Source: Legionellales bacterium
Lineage (GTDB): Bacteria > Pseudomonadota > Gammaproteobacteria > JAHCLG01
Direction of reading: 5' to 3'
DNA length: 64,000 nt
Assembly (NCBI GenBank): GCA_026125385.1
Contig: JAHCLG010000002.1
Location: 77,179 to 141,178, forward strand
A program made the translations under genes and the position numbers. This document shows positions 12,267 to 23,181 of the stretch, one piece after another (within the stretch, counting starts at the first letter, position 1; each line of letters starts with the position of its first letter). The notes below the pieces were generated by a model. The model worked only from the letters and a program-made list of their open reading frames with translations, did not search any database and was not told where the DNA came from.

Positions 12267-13924
12267 TGGATTACAAACGTTTATTTTTATATATCGCTTT
12301 AACCTTAGTGCTATTACAACTTTATACCGCATGGCAAATGGATTATGGGCAACCTAAAACTATTCCGGTGAGCACTACATCACCCACTAATACAGACAGT
12401 GCTATCCCTTCTATCCCCGATAGGCTTAATCATACTCAATCCTCCTCTAATCCAGTTGCATTAAAAGAAAGTATTCCAGAAAATCGTTTAATTCAAATTA
12501 AAACCGATGTTTTGCACGTTAGCATTGATTTAAAAGGCGGAAATTTAGTCGGTTCACAACTTTTGAATTATCCTAAAACACTTAAAAATAAAAACGATCC
12601 TTTCGTCTTATTAAACAATACCCCCGAAAGTTATTACGTGGCACAAAGTGGTTTAATTGGCAAAATGGGACCCGATAGTGAACAAGGACAAATTATTTTT
12701 AAATCGTCTCAAACTCACTATCAACTAAATGCCGATCAAGATACCTTAACCGTTAATTTAACTTGGCAAGGTGATAACGGTTTAGCGATCACAAAATCTT
12801 ATATTTTTAAACGCGGACAATATTTAATTGATGTGCAATATCAAATCCATAACCTGAATTCGTCACCGTGGGAAGGATTTTTTTACACACAATTATCACG
12901 CACACCGCAAGCCTCAACACACACGGGGTTTTTATCCCATCATTTAACGTTTACGGGTGCGGCAATTTCTAGTCCAGAGGATTTATTTCAAAAAATATCA
13001 TTCGATGAAATGAATAAAAGTAATCTCGATACCACGACCAAAGGTGGTTGGGCTGCAATGATCCAACATTATTTTTTAAGTGCATGGATACCGCCACAAG
13101 ATCAAAATCATCACTATTACAGTAAAGTGAATAATAATATTTACACCATAGGAATGTTAAGTCCCGCAATAACGGTTAATCCTAATCAACAAAAAACTAT
13201 TTCCGCACAATTTTATACAGGGCCTGAAGTTACCTCAGTGTTAAAACAGATTGCGCCTGGTTTAGATTTAACCGTGGACTATGGAAAACTATGGTTTATT
13301 TCTATAGCAATTTTTTGGTTAATGAAACACATTTACGATGTGATTGGTAATTGGGGATTTGCGATTATTTTCGTTACTCTATTAATTAAATTAGCCTTTT
13401 ATAAATTATCGGCCACCAGTTATAAATCAATGGCAAAAATGCGACGGTTACAACCTCAAATAAAAACTTTAAAAGATCGTTGTGGCACCGATAAACAAAA
13501 ATTTAGTAAAAGTTTAATGGAATTATATAAACGCGAAAAAGTGAATCCCTTAGGTGGTTGTTTACCGATTATCGTGCAAATTCCGGTATTTTTAGGATTA
13601 TATTGGGTGCTAATTGAAAGTGTGGAATTACGCCAAGCGCCATTTATTTTATGGATACACGATTTATCGGCATTTGATCCGTATTATATTTTACCGTTGT
13701 TAATGGCACTCAGTATGTTTTTACAACAAAAAATGAGCCCAACCCCGCCCGATCCTACTCAGGCGAAAGTAATGATGTTAATGCCAGTGATGTTTGGATT
13801 TTTATTTGCAGCATTTCCCGCAGGCTTAGTGTTATATTGGCTCGTTAATAATATTTTATCGATCTTGCAACAATGGTATGTTACCCGTCAGGTTGAGCGC
13901 GATGGAGCACTTAGTAAAAAATAA
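12266..13924 (+). CDS. yidC: Membrane protein insertase YidC
   Basis: 552 aa. The conserved C-terminal TM core (KLSATSYKSMAKMRRLQPQIKTLKDR...NPLGGCLPIIVQIPVFLGLY) matches YidC/Oxa1. Its ATG overlaps the yidD stop (TAATG). Confidence 0.9.
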   Translation: MDYKRLFLYIALTLVLLQLYTAWQMDYGQPKTIPVSTTSPTNTDSAIPSIPDRLNHTQSSSNPVALKESIPENRLIQIKTDVLHVSIDLKGGNLVGSQLLNYPKTLKNKNDPFVLLNNTPESYYVAQSGLIGKMGPDSEQGQIIFKSSQTHYQLNADQDTLTVNLTWQGDNGLAITKSYIFKRGQYLIDVQYQIHNLNSSPWEGFFYTQLSRTPQASTHTGFLSHHLTFTGAAISSPEDLFQKISFDEMNKSNLDTTTKGGWAAMIQHYFLSAWIPPQDQNHHYYSKVNNNIYTIGMLSPAITVNPNQQKTISAQFYTGPEVTSVLKQIAPGLDLTVDYGKLWFISIAIFWLMKHIYDVIGNWGFAIIFVTLLIKLAFYKLSATSYKSMAKMRRLQPQIKTLKDRCGTDKQKFSKSLMELYKREKVNPLGGCLPIIVQIPVFLGLYWVLIESVELRQAPFILWIHDLSAFDPYYILPLLMALSMFLQQKMSPTPPDPTQAKVMMLMPVMFGFLFAAFPAGLVLYWLVNNILSILQQWYVTRQVERDGALSKK

Positions 13925-15278
13925 TCCTGAGACTATCGTTGCAAGAGCGACGCCACCTGGCCTGGGTGGCGTAGGGGTCATTCGCATTTCGGGTACCCAT
14001 GTTAAAACCATTGCTAAAAATCTCTTAGGTTTTATTCCTAAACCGCGTTATGCGACCTATGCAAAATTTTTAGCAACAGATCGCGAAGTGCTTGATATAG
14101 GACTTGCGATATTTTTTCCTAACCCGCACTCATTCACGGGAGAAGATGTTTTAGAATTACAGGGGCATGGTGGAGTAGTTGTTCTCGATCGCGTCATCAA
14201 CCGGGTAATTGAGTTAGGTGCGCGCCTTGCACGCCCAGGTGAATTTTCAGAACGCGCCTTTTTGAATAATAAAATCGATTTAACTCAAGCTGAAGCGATT
14301 GCTGATTTAATTTCCAGCAGCACCGAACAAGCTGCGCGCTCTGCTATTCATTCTTTACAAGGCGAATTTGCTGCCGCGATTACAGCCTTACAAGAACGTT
14401 TTACTCATCTTAGAATGTATATTGAAGCGGCCATTGATTTTCCCGAAGAAGAAGTGGATTTTTTAGGGGATGAAATTGTTTTATCCTCACTAGAAACCCT
14501 CCAACATCAGTTAGAAACAATTTTTCAAACAGCGCGTCAGGGTGTATTGTTGCGCGATGGCATGAATATGGTGATTGGCGGACCACCTAACGCTGGTAAA
14601 TCGAGTTTATTAAATGCGTTGAGCGGAGAAGAGATAGCGATTGTCACCGATATACCAGGCACCACTCGCGATGTGATTAAACAATCCATTCAACTGGACG
14701 GCGTGCCCCTTCATATCATCGATACCGCAGGTATTCGTCACACTCAGGATATTATCGAACAAGAAGGTATTAAACGCTCCCAAACGATGATAGAGCACGC
14801 AGACGCTGTTCTACTCATTGTCGACGCCTCGCGCTACGCCGCTGTTGATATTGAGCTTCTGTGGCAAGAATTAGCGATACCAAGCCCTGTCCCTCAACAA
14901 TTAATTCTAATCCGCAATAAAATTGATTTAACTCAAGAATCACCCACTGTTATTCATCATGCTACTCACACCGAAATTGCACTATCCGTCCAATCGCGTT
15001 TAGGTATGGAGTTACTCCATCAAGAATTAAAAAGACTCATGGGATATCAAGATAGTCATGCGGGCAGTTTTATTGCGCGACGCCGCCATTTAGAGGCGTT
15101 AACCCGTGCTGAGCACTATTTACGCCATGCCAAACATCAATTGCAATCGTCGCGCGCCGGCGAATTAGTTGCGGAAGAATTACGTCAAGCACAATTGCAC
15201 TTAAGCGAGATTACTGGAGAATTTACCAGTGATGATTTGTTAGGAAAAATATTTTCAAGTTTTTGTATTGGTAAATAA
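13902..15278 (+). CDS. mnmE: tRNA modification GTPase MnmE (TrmE). Start chosen at ATG 13902; the track start 13878 is also possible.
   Basis: N-terminus ETIVARATPPGLGGVGVIRISG. G domain GGPPNAGKSSLLNAL..DIPGTTRD..DTAGIR. C-terminal CIGK motif. Position after yidC. Confidence 0.9.
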   Translation: MEHLVKNNPETIVARATPPGLGGVGVIRISGTHVKTIAKNLLGFIPKPRYATYAKFLATDREVLDIGLAIFFPNPHSFTGEDVLELQGHGGVVVLDRVINRVIELGARLARPGEFSERAFLNNKIDLTQAEAIADLISSSTEQAARSAIHSLQGEFAAAITALQERFTHLRMYIEAAIDFPEEEVDFLGDEIVLSSLETLQHQLETIFQTARQGVLLRDGMNMVIGGPPNAGKSSLLNALSGEEIAIVTDIPGTTRDVIKQSIQLDGVPLHIIDTAGIRHTQDIIEQEGIKRSQTMIEHADAVLLIVDASRYAAVDIELLWQELAIPSPVPQQLILIRNKIDLTQESPTVIHHATHTEIALSVQSRLGMELLHQELKRLMGYQDSHAGSFIARRRHLEALTRAEHYLRHAKHQLQSSRAGELVAEELRQAQLHLSEITGEFTSDDLLGKIFSSFCIGK

Positions 15279-15390
15279 CCTGATGTCTAGAGGGGGATGG
15301 GTTTATCTTCCGTGGCTTGATTATTATAGTTATAAAGCGTTAACAGTATTTATACACAAGCTTTGATTCCTGTGAACGAATTCGTAAAAA

Positions 15391-15428
15391 CAAAAAATAC
15401 CGCGGGGCAAACCCACGGTATTTTATTT
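15391..15428. terminator. Bidirectional rho-independent terminator between mnmE (+) and the RRM gene (-)
   Basis: AAAAAATACCGCGGGGCAAACCCACGGTATTTTATTT. A 9-bp stem with one mismatch and a GCAAA loop, flanked by an A-run and a T-run. Confidence 0.5.
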
Positions 15429-15445
15429 AAGGAGAAAACGCCTGA

Positions 15446-15721
15446 TTAATACGCCATGTCGTGTGAACGTTGTTGCTGACGTTCTCGTGCAAATTTTACA
15501 AACAACTTGCGATTTTCAAGCATTTGCCCGCCCATTACTAACGAATTACGAGCTTCATCGCGATTGGAAAAGGTAATAAAGCCAAAACCCCGTGATTCCC
15601 CAGTGTCACGATCTTTGACCACTTTCACATCGATGATTTCCCCAAACTGGGCAAAGGCTGCTTGTAATGCGGATTCATCGAGTTGATATGGCAAATTGCC
15701 AACGTAAATTTTATTTGTCAT
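15446..15721 (-). CDS. RNA-binding protein with an RRM domain
   Basis: 91 aa. RNP-2 IYVGNLPY and RNP-1 RGFGFITF motifs. Confidence 0.8.
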   Translation of the reverse strand: MTNKIYVGNLPYQLDESALQAAFAQFGEIIDVKVVKDRDTGESRGFGFITFSNRDEARNSLVMGGQMLENRKLFVKFARERQQQRSHDMAY

Positions 15722-15822
15722 AAATTAAGCCCCATAAAGTCATGTGCAAAAAAATCCATTTTGTTATGAGATGAGATAAAATGACTTGCATGTAGACACA
15801 ATCTTTGTAAATAAAGCATTAC

Positions 15823-16044
15823 TTACCCCCAGATTGCACCTAACACGTGAATCCCCCAAATCTTAACGCTTTCATCATAAAGACTGCCAACTGTTTTTTC
15901 AATACTTTCAAGGGGTAATAATGGGATATTTGTCGAGTCGTGAGCATGATGTAACAAGAGTAATAACCTGTTGTGAGACAAAATAGCGATAAGAGCTGAA
16001 CGAAGTAAACCTGGTTGTGTGGATAAACGGTGGTAATAATTCAT
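15823..16044 (-). CDS. hypothetical small protein (doubtful)
   Basis: 73-aa ORF in a 400-bp intergenic region. No motif, no clear RBS. Confidence 0.2.
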   Translation of the reverse strand: MNYYHRLSTQPGLLRSALIAILSHNRLLLLLHHAHDSTNIPLLPLESIEKTVGSLYDESVKIWGIHVLGAIWG

Positions 16045-16128
16045 AGAAGAAAATAATTAGTGCAATTTTGTATTTTATATGTATAATAGCAGCTTTATTT
16101 CTACTAACAAAAATAATGAGGTGTTTGT

Positions 16129-16806
16129 ATGTTTACCCGTCTCTTCGGTTTCTTTAAACCAGGTGCTTCCACCAGATCTCTCGATGAACATGTGGATGAA
16201 ATTATCAAGTTACTCAAAACAAAACTTAGAAAGTTTCAAGTAGGTTTAAATTTAACACAAGATATTACTGAAACTTTGAAAAGTGTTGATATTAATGATC
16301 TAGGAATAGCATCGACGAGCTGTAGCGACAGTATTGGAAAAGCAGAGATAAGAAAATTAAAAAATATCATCAAGGAAATTAAGGAAACCAGTGCAGATAA
16401 ATTGGGTACTATATTGTTTTCAAAAGAGGAGCTTGAGCTTCTTCAAGATTATTTAAATAGTACTGGAAGTATAAAATTTAATTTATTAACTTCAATTAAA
16501 TCAATTAAATTTTGCCATAATTTTATTAAAGGTATGAATAAAATTCACGGAGACATATGTTTAGAGTTAGAAGAAAATTTAAATGAAATTTTAAGTGATT
16601 TAACAGCGTTTAATCAAAACACCACACCAGAGCAGCGGGAAAATTTTAGAGAAGATGTTGCTAATTATATTTTTAAGAATACCGTATATGATGGAAATAC
16701 TTTTACTTTTCCTGAAATTTCTGGAAAATTAAAGGAACTTGTTAAAAAAATTAATTTACCAGAAAACGGAAATCATATTGCTATGAGAGTTTTGGGAAAG
16801 CAATGA
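16129..16806 (+). CDS. hypothetical protein, AT-rich and effector-like
   Basis: 225-aa ORF. About 30% GC by eye, clearly below the neighbouring housekeeping genes. A -10-like TGTATAAT lies 60 nt upstream. No homology recognised. Confidence 0.45.
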   Translation: MFTRLFGFFKPGASTRSLDEHVDEIIKLLKTKLRKFQVGLNLTQDITETLKSVDINDLGIASTSCSDSIGKAEIRKLKNIIKEIKETSADKLGTILFSKEELELLQDYLNSTGSIKFNLLTSIKSIKFCHNFIKGMNKIHGDICLELEENLNEILSDLTAFNQNTTPEQRENFREDVANYIFKNTVYDGNTFTFPEISGKLKELVKKINLPENGNHIAMRVLGKQ

Positions 16807-17019
16807 TTTATTTTTAAGTAACATCAGGATTTTATTGTATGGAATAAATAGGAAAAATAAAGTGCCGTGAAATTTAAATTTTTTTGCGTTTAGAAGGTGG
16901 TGTTAAAATTTCATTATCTCTTAGATTTCCACGAGCGGCATTGGTTAATAATGAAATACTTTAACAAGATAACCTAGTTTTACTAAGAAAATTTTGTAAT
17001 TAGATAAACTATTTATTGG

Positions 17020-18021
17020 TTAATACTCAATTTTCTCAGTCACCTTCCCACGAAAGGTATAATACGCATAGCCCGTATAAAGTAATAATATGGGTAACAG
17101 TATGAACGCGCCGATGGCCATAAAGAGTAGCGTATTGGTATTGGCGGCAGCTTGGAGGTAGGTGAGGTAGCGTGGAACTAAATACGGATAAACACTGATC
17201 ACAAAACCACTAAAACACAGTAAAAAAATGCCAATTGTTGCTAAAAAGGGTAAATGTTCATCGTGTTTTTTTAAGGCAATCCATTCAGTGAGAAATAATA
17301 ATAACGTGGTGAGTGGGAGAAAAGCTAAGTAAAACATCGTATGTGGATTAAACCAAATGCTTTTTAAATCGGGATCGCTAATAGGGCTTAAAATACTGAC
17401 TAACATCACAAAAAATAATAGAAGGTAGAGTAATCGATGGGCCAACGTGAAAAATAGGTTTTGCAAAGGTGGGATGGTTTTCATAATTAACCAAGTGGCT
17501 GCTAGTAAGCAATAGCCGGTGATTAATCCGCCAATACACACCAGCGAAAAAGGATGTGTGTAATTTATTTTACTGATCAACTCATTGTCTTGATTAAATT
17601 CAAACCCCATCACAAACACACTCAAAATAAAACCCTGCATAATCGTAGCAATCAGTGATCCTAAAAAAAACGACCACTGCCAAATTCGTTTGGTTTTTCG
17701 CGCTTTTAAGTGAAATTCAAAGGCCACGCCACGAAAAATTAATGCAATCACCATGATTAATATGGGTAAATAGAGTGCTGGTAAAATACGACTAAAGGCT
17801 AAAGGAAATGCCCCATAAAGACTTGCGCCACCAAAGACGAGCCAAGTTTGATTACCATCCCAGACCGGTAAAATGGATGCCATCATGATATCGCGATGGT
17901 TTTCTTCGTGAATAAAAATACTTAAAATACCAATCCCTAAATCAAATCCGTCTAAAATAATATACATGGCAATTCCACAGGCAATGAGAATAAGCCAAAT
18001 AAGCGGTAAATGATGTATCAT
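17020..18021 (-). CDS. cydB: Cytochrome bd ubiquinol oxidase subunit II
   Basis: 333-aa polytopic membrane protein. Overlaps cydA by 4 nt. N-terminus LILDGFDLGIGIL is typical of CydB. Confidence 0.9.
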   Translation of the reverse strand: MIHHLPLIWLILIACGIAMYIILDGFDLGIGILSIFIHEENHRDIMMASILPVWDGNQTWLVFGGASLYGAFPLAFSRILPALYLPILIMVIALIFRGVAFEFHLKARKTKRIWQWSFFLGSLIATIMQGFILSVFVMGFEFNQDNELISKINYTHPFSLVCIGGLITGYCLLAATWLIMKTIPPLQNLFFTLAHRLLYLLLFFVMLVSILSPISDPDLKSIWFNPHTMFYLAFLPLTTLLLFLTEWIALKKHDEHLPFLATIGIFLLCFSGFVISVYPYLVPRYLTYLQAAANTNTLLFMAIGAFILLPILLLYTGYAYYTFRGKVTEKIEY

Positions 18022-19400
18022 GATTTTTCTCCCATTTCACCTTGCATATATGCGAAGCTTCGATCTGTAATTAAGTCTTGGGGTGAAACATCGTGTGGTC
18101 CTTTTTGTAAAATGCGATGAAGAAAATACGTGTAAAAAATGCCAAAAATAATTCCGTAAACGAGGATCATCAAGACAAAAATACTGATGGTTGTTGTGAT
18201 AGGAACTTGTGATACCGCGTCTTTTGTTCTCACTAAACCATAGACTATCCACGGTTGTCGTCCTAATTCTGCGGTGATCCACCCTGCCCACAAGGCAATG
18301 AATCCTAATGGAGATGAAAAAACACACGTTTTTAAAAACCATGTGGTAGTTAATAATCGTTTACGAATTCTTAAATAGAAAGACGTAAGCGCTAAAAATA
18401 AGATCAGAAAACCAATACCCACCATCAAACGAAAACTAAAAAAAACAGGTAAGACGTTGGGTTGTTCGGATTTATCCACCGAATTTAATCCCACCATTTT
18501 TCCATTCCACTGGTGTGTATTAATCAATGAAGCAAGATGGGGGATTTTAATGACAAATTCATTCTGTTGTTTGTCTTGATTGGGAATAGCAAATAATAAT
18601 AACGGTTGGCCAGTACCTGTTTGCCAAATACCTTCCATTGCTGCCGTTTTTAAAGGCTGATATTTAAATACATTTAATCCAGTACTATCGCCTAAAAAAA
18701 TTTGGATAGGTATGAGAAATAAAATTAACCACCAAATCCACGAAAAACAGGTTTTAGCAAAATTAAGATGACGATGTTTTAATAAATAATACGCACTCAC
18801 ACTGCTGATAACGAGTGCAGCGGCCAAGTACGCTGCAAGTAACATGTGAAAAAAACGTGGAAATAAATCGCTATTGGTTAAAATGGTTTTCCAACTCGCC
18901 ACATCAAATGTGCCATTAGGATTTTGCACATAACCCACCGGATGTTGCATCCAGGTATTAGCACACATGATCCAATACGTCGATAAAGTCGTACCAATTA
19001 ATACAATCACCGTCGCAAGAAAATGCAAACTCGGTTTTACCTTGTTAAACCCGAGTACCATAATGCCAATAAATCCCGCTTCCACAAAAAAGGCTGTTAA
19101 TACTTCATAAGTGAATAATGCACCCAACACGCCACCCACGTCACGCGTGAATCCAGACCAATTAGTTCCCAGTTGATATTCCATGACAATTCCAGACACC
19201 ACGCCCATACCAAATGTGAGCGCAAATATTTTTGTCCAAAATTTACAAATCGTCAGGTAAAGCGTATTTTTAGTGATGAGCCACTGTAATTCGATGAGCG
19301 TAATAAATAAAATTAATCCAATACTGAATGCAGGAAATAAAATGTGAAAACTAATGGTAAAAGCAAATTGCAAACGAGAAATAATTTCTGTGGTAATCAT
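18018..19400 (-). CDS. cydA: Cytochrome bd ubiquinol oxidase subunit I
   Basis: Start set at ATG 19400 (MITTEIISRLQFAFT..), which has AAGAGG 8 nt upstream. Conserved Q-loop and haem-ligand region. Confidence 0.9.
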   Translation of the reverse strand: MITTEIISRLQFAFTISFHILFPAFSIGLILFITLIELQWLITKNTLYLTICKFWTKIFALTFGMGVVSGIVMEYQLGTNWSGFTRDVGGVLGALFTYEVLTAFFVEAGFIGIMVLGFNKVKPSLHFLATVIVLIGTTLSTYWIMCANTWMQHPVGYVQNPNGTFDVASWKTILTNSDLFPRFFHMLLAAYLAAALVISSVSAYYLLKHRHLNFAKTCFSWIWWLILFLIPIQIFLGDSTGLNVFKYQPLKTAAMEGIWQTGTGQPLLLFAIPNQDKQQNEFVIKIPHLASLINTHQWNGKMVGLNSVDKSEQPNVLPVFFSFRLMVGIGFLILFLALTSFYLRIRKRLLTTTWFLKTCVFSSPLGFIALWAGWITAELGRQPWIVYGLVRTKDAVSQVPITTTISIFVLMILVYGIIFGIFYTYFLHRILQKGPHDVSPQDLITDRSFAYMQGEMGEKS

Positions 19401-19532
19401 AAGCGTAACCTCTTTGAATTTTATCAATAAATTAGGTTTACTCGATGAAAAATGTCAGAAAAGAAAAAATGGTGAATTTTGAAGTTAGCGTATGATAGCA
19501 AAAAAAAGGAATGGAATAAAACTAATTGAATC

Positions 19533-19700
19533 GGAGCCTGTAGCCTGGAACGGAGCGCAGCCTGTAGCCTGGAACGCAGCGGAGCGTAGCCTGGAACGGA
19601 GCGCAGCGGAGATCCAGGATCATAGCATCTTTAGAATTCCGATCCTGGATCTCCGCTGCGCTCCGTTCCAGGCTACGCTGCGCTTCGTTCCAGGCTACGT
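19533..19700. repeat. Compound palindromic REP-like element, copy 1. Three GTAGCCTGGAACG(N)AGCGCAGC units, the core GAGATCCAGGATC-ATAGCATCTTTAGAATTCC-GATCCTGGATCTC, and two inverted units.
   Basis: Read directly. Near-perfect ~170-bp palindrome in the cydA/mnmG divergent intergenic region. Markedly more GC-rich than its flanks. Confidence 0.8.
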
Positions 19701-19835
19701 TAGATTCCGATCCCGGCGGTTTATCGTATTGACCGTAGTAGCCTTCAAACTAGAATAGTCAGCTCATGAGATTGATGCATAATATCAATCAACCCGCTAT
19801 AATAACGGACTTATTTTTACATTGAAGAAATTACC

Positions 19836-21728
19836 ATGGATTTTCCAACTCATTATGATGTTATTGTGATAGGTGGTGGCCACGCGGGTACGGAAGCGGC
19901 GCTCGCCAGTGCGCGATCGGGAGCGAATACGTTATTATTGTCACATAATATCGAAACCTTAGGGCAAATGTCGTGTAATCCCGCGATTGGTGGTATTGGA
20001 AAAAGTCATTTAGTCAAAGAAATCGATGCCTTAGGTGGTATTATGGCGGAGGCCATTGATCATGCGGGTATTCAATTTCGGGTGTTAAATTCCAGTAAAG
20101 GCCCCGCGGTACGTGCCACCCGTGCGCAAGCCGATCGTAATTTATATAAACAATTTGTGCGTCACGCGCTGGAAAATCAACCAAATTTAACGTTGTTTCA
20201 ACAAGGTGTGGTCGATTTAATATTAAAAAACCATAAAGTGGTGGGTGTGGTCACCCAAATGGGACTCACGTTTTATACTAAAAGTGTGGTGCTAACCGCG
20301 GGCACATTTCTCGGTGGAAAAATTCACATTGGATTTTCAAACTATCAGGGCGGACGCGCAGGCGATCCTCCCGCGAATGAGTTAGCCAAAACATTACGTG
20401 CCCTGCCTTTTCGCGTTGATCGTTTAAAAACCGGCACACCACCGCGCATCGATGGTCGTACTATTAATTATCAACATTTAACCCCGCAACACTCCGATAA
20501 TCCCTTACCAGTATTTTCCTATTTAGGTAAAACAGAACAACACCCCACGCAAATTCCTTGTCATATTACTTATACCAATGAAAAAACCCATGCAGTGATT
20601 CGCAATGGCTTAGATCGCTCACCCTTATTCACCGGAAAAATTGAAGGCATCGGTCCACGATATTGTCCTTCGATTGAAGATAAAGTCGTGCGTTTTGCTG
20701 AAAAATCTTCCCATCAAATTTTTATTGAACCCGAAGGATTACACACCCACGAAATTTATCCGAATGGGATTTCCACAAGCTTACCCTTCGATGTGCAATA
20801 TCAATTCGTGCGCTCGATTCCGGGATTTGAAAACGCTCACATTACGCGCCCAGGTTATGCGATTGAATACGATTTTTTTGATCCGCGTGATTTAAAACCG
20901 TCACTAGAAACGCAATTCATTGAAGGATTATTTTTTGCCGGACAAATTAATGGCACCACGGGTTACGAAGAAGCCGCCGCGCAAGGCATTATTGCTGGAC
21001 TCAATGCAGCGCGCTATGTATTTAATTTACCCGCGTGGACGCCACGTCGCGATCAAGCTTATATTGGCGTATTAATTGACGATTTAATTACCCGCGGCAC
21101 CCAAGAACCGTATCGCATGTTTACCTCACGTGCCGAATATCGCTTATTATTACGCGAAGACAATGCTGATTTACGCTTAACAGAAATCGGACGTGATTTA
21201 AATTTAATTGCCGATCACCGCTGGCGCGCTTTTCTTGAGAAAAAAAATGCCATTCATCAAGAACAACAACGTTTACAAAACATTTGGATACGCCCCAATA
21301 CTCCCGATGCTGAGATAATGGAACAATTAACCGGACAACCTTTAAAACGCGAATATCGTTTAAGCGATTTATTACAACGACCAGAATGCGATTATCAATT
21401 ATTAACGCAATTACCTAGTTTTGGCGAATCGCTCACAGAGCAAAGCGTCATTGAACAAATTAATATTCAAGCGCATTACTCAGGTTATATTGACAGACAA
21501 CACGATGAAATCGAAAAACAACGTCGATATGAAGACGCGATGATACCGGATGGATTTAATTACGATCAAATCAGCAGTTTTTCAACGGAAGTGCGCGAAA
21601 AATTAAAACGCATTCGCCCTGCTAATATTGGGATGGCCGCACGCATTCCTGGAGTAACCCCGGCTGCAATTTCGTTATTATTAGTTTATTTGAAAAAAAA
21701 TCGTGGTATAGAAGTGGTGAATGAATAA
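19836..21728 (+). CDS. mnmG: tRNA uridine 5-carboxymethylaminomethyl modification enzyme MnmG (GidA)
   Basis: 630 aa. FAD motif [16 protein letters not shown]. Followed by rsmG-parA-parB. Confidence 0.95.
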   Translation: MDFPTHYDVIVIGGGHAGTEAALASARSGANTLLLSHNIETLGQMSCNPAIGGIGKSHLVKEIDALGGIMAEAIDHAGIQFRVLNSSKGPAVRATRAQADRNLYKQFVRHALENQPNLTLFQQGVVDLILKNHKVVGVVTQMGLTFYTKSVVLTAGTFLGGKIHIGFSNYQGGRAGDPPANELAKTLRALPFRVDRLKTGTPPRIDGRTINYQHLTPQHSDNPLPVFSYLGKTEQHPTQIPCHITYTNEKTHAVIRNGLDRSPLFTGKIEGIGPRYCPSIEDKVVRFAEKSSHQIFIEPEGLHTHEIYPNGISTSLPFDVQYQFVRSIPGFENAHITRPGYAIEYDFFDPRDLKPSLETQFIEGLFFAGQINGTTGYEEAAAQGIIAGLNAARYVFNLPAWTPRRDQAYIGVLIDDLITRGTQEPYRMFTSRAEYRLLLREDNADLRLTEIGRDLNLIADHRWRAFLEKKNAIHQEQQRLQNIWIRPNTPDAEIMEQLTGQPLKREYRLSDLLQRPECDYQLLTQLPSFGESLTEQSVIEQINIQAHYSGYIDRQHDEIEKQRRYEDAMIPDGFNYDQISSFSTEVREKLKRIRPANIGMAARIPGVTPAAISLLLVYLKKNRGIEVVNE

Positions 21729-22364
21729 ATGGAAAAATGGGATATTCTAAAAAAACAATTACAGCAAATGTTGCTTTTGCTAAATTTGGATTTTAACGCC
21801 GATACCATTAATCAATTCATGGCTTATTTAAGCCTTTTACACAAATGGCAGCGCGCTTATAATTTAGTAGGTTATGAATTAAATGATTATGTCGCACATA
21901 TTTTATTAGAAAATTTAATTTTATTTCCTTTTATTGAAAATCAATATGATCGCATTATCGATGTGGGCACGGGTGCTGGCTTGCCCGGATTAATTTTAGC
22001 GATGGCATGTCCTCACCAACATTTTACTTTACTCGATAGTAACGGTAAAAAAATAAATTTTTTAACTCAAGCCGTGCGCGAACTTGGGTTGCGGAATGTT
22101 GCGCTTGTCCAATCTCGCGTAGAAGGTTATAGTGAAGCGCAATGGTTTCCGTGTTTAGTCAGTCGGGCTTTTGCTTCGTTAAATGATATTGTGGAAAAAT
22201 CTCATCATTTATTAGCGCCACAAGGGCGCATGTTATTATTAAAAGGCGATCACGTCGATCATGAAATTGCAGAATTAGCAGCGGAAGTTGGGGTTACTAA
22301 ACAGCGTGTGCAAATTCCAGGGATCGATCGAGAGCGGTATTTAGTCACCTTGCAATGGAGTTAG
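21729..22364 (+). CDS. rsmG: 16S rRNA (guanine527-N7)-methyltransferase RsmG (GidB)
   Basis: 211 aa. SAM motif IDVGTGAGLPGLILAM. Start abuts the mnmG stop. Confidence 0.9.
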   Translation: MEKWDILKKQLQQMLLLLNLDFNADTINQFMAYLSLLHKWQRAYNLVGYELNDYVAHILLENLILFPFIENQYDRIIDVGTGAGLPGLILAMACPHQHFTLLDSNGKKINFLTQAVRELGLRNVALVQSRVEGYSEAQWFPCLVSRAFASLNDIVEKSHHLLAPQGRMLLLKGDHVDHEIAELAAEVGVTKQRVQIPGIDRERYLVTLQWS

Positions 22365-22368
22365 GATC

Positions 22369-23169
22369 TTGGGTAGTGTAATTGCGATAGCCAATCAAAA
22401 AGGTGGTGTGGGAAAAACCACGACGAGTATCAACTTATGCGCGGGTTTAAGCGCCTGCGATCGGCGTGTGTTGTTGGTTGATCTCGATCCGCAAGGTAAT
22501 GCCACAATGGGCGCTGGAGTGAATAAAGCAACGTTAAGCAATACCATCAACGAAGCATTACTTGATGAAATTTCACCACAAGATGCGTTAGTAACAAGCC
22601 CAAATGGATTTGATGTCTTGCCCGCCAATAAAAGTTTAACGGTAGCCGAAGTAAAATTATTGCAAATGCCGCGTCGCGAATTACGACTCCGCCAAGTATT
22701 ATCTCGTTTTAAAGATTCTTACGATTACGTTATCATCGATTGTCCCCCTTCATTGAATATGTTAACGGTCAATGCCCTCGTGGCCGCCGATGGGGTGATT
22801 ATTACCATGCAGTGCGAATATTATGCGTTAGAAGGTTTATCAGGATTAATCGATACAATTCAGCAAATCAGTGCCAGTTTAAATCCACGTTTACATGTTT
22901 ATGGAATTTTACGAACCATGTATGATGGCCGCAGTTGTTTAACGCAAGACGTTTCTAAACAATTAGTGGATCATTTTGGCGATCGAGTGTATCGCACGGT
23001 GATCCCACGCAATATTCGTTTAGCGGAAGCACCGAGTTACGGTTTATCCGTGATTGCCTACGATAAACGCTCTAACGGCGCGCAAGCCTATTTGAATTTA
23101 GCCCAAGAAATTATTGAAAAACCTTTACAAACATTTGCACCAGTAGTGGCTGAAACAGCAATCAGTTAA
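22369..23169 (+). CDS. parA: Chromosome partitioning ATPase ParA (Soj). TTG start is tentative.
   Basis: Deviant Walker A IAIANQKGGVGKTTTSINL. Confidence 0.85.
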   Translation: MGSVIAIANQKGGVGKTTTSINLCAGLSACDRRVLLVDLDPQGNATMGAGVNKATLSNTINEALLDEISPQDALVTSPNGFDVLPANKSLTVAEVKLLQMPRRELRLRQVLSRFKDSYDYVIIDCPPSLNMLTVNALVAADGVIITMQCEYYALEGLSGLIDTIQQISASLNPRLHVYGILRTMYDGRSCLTQDVSKQLVDHFGDRVYRTVIPRNIRLAEAPSYGLSVIAYDKRSNGAQAYLNLAQEIIEKPLQTFAPVVAETAIS

Positions 23170-23181
23170 AGTGAGAAACCC

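Noticed and set aside
19492-19758. 88-aa ORF in the ORF track
   Set aside because: It lies entirely inside the palindromic REP-like element. The peptide is repetitive (PVAWNGAQPVAWNAAERSLERSAAE) because it is translated from the repeat units, and there is no RBS.
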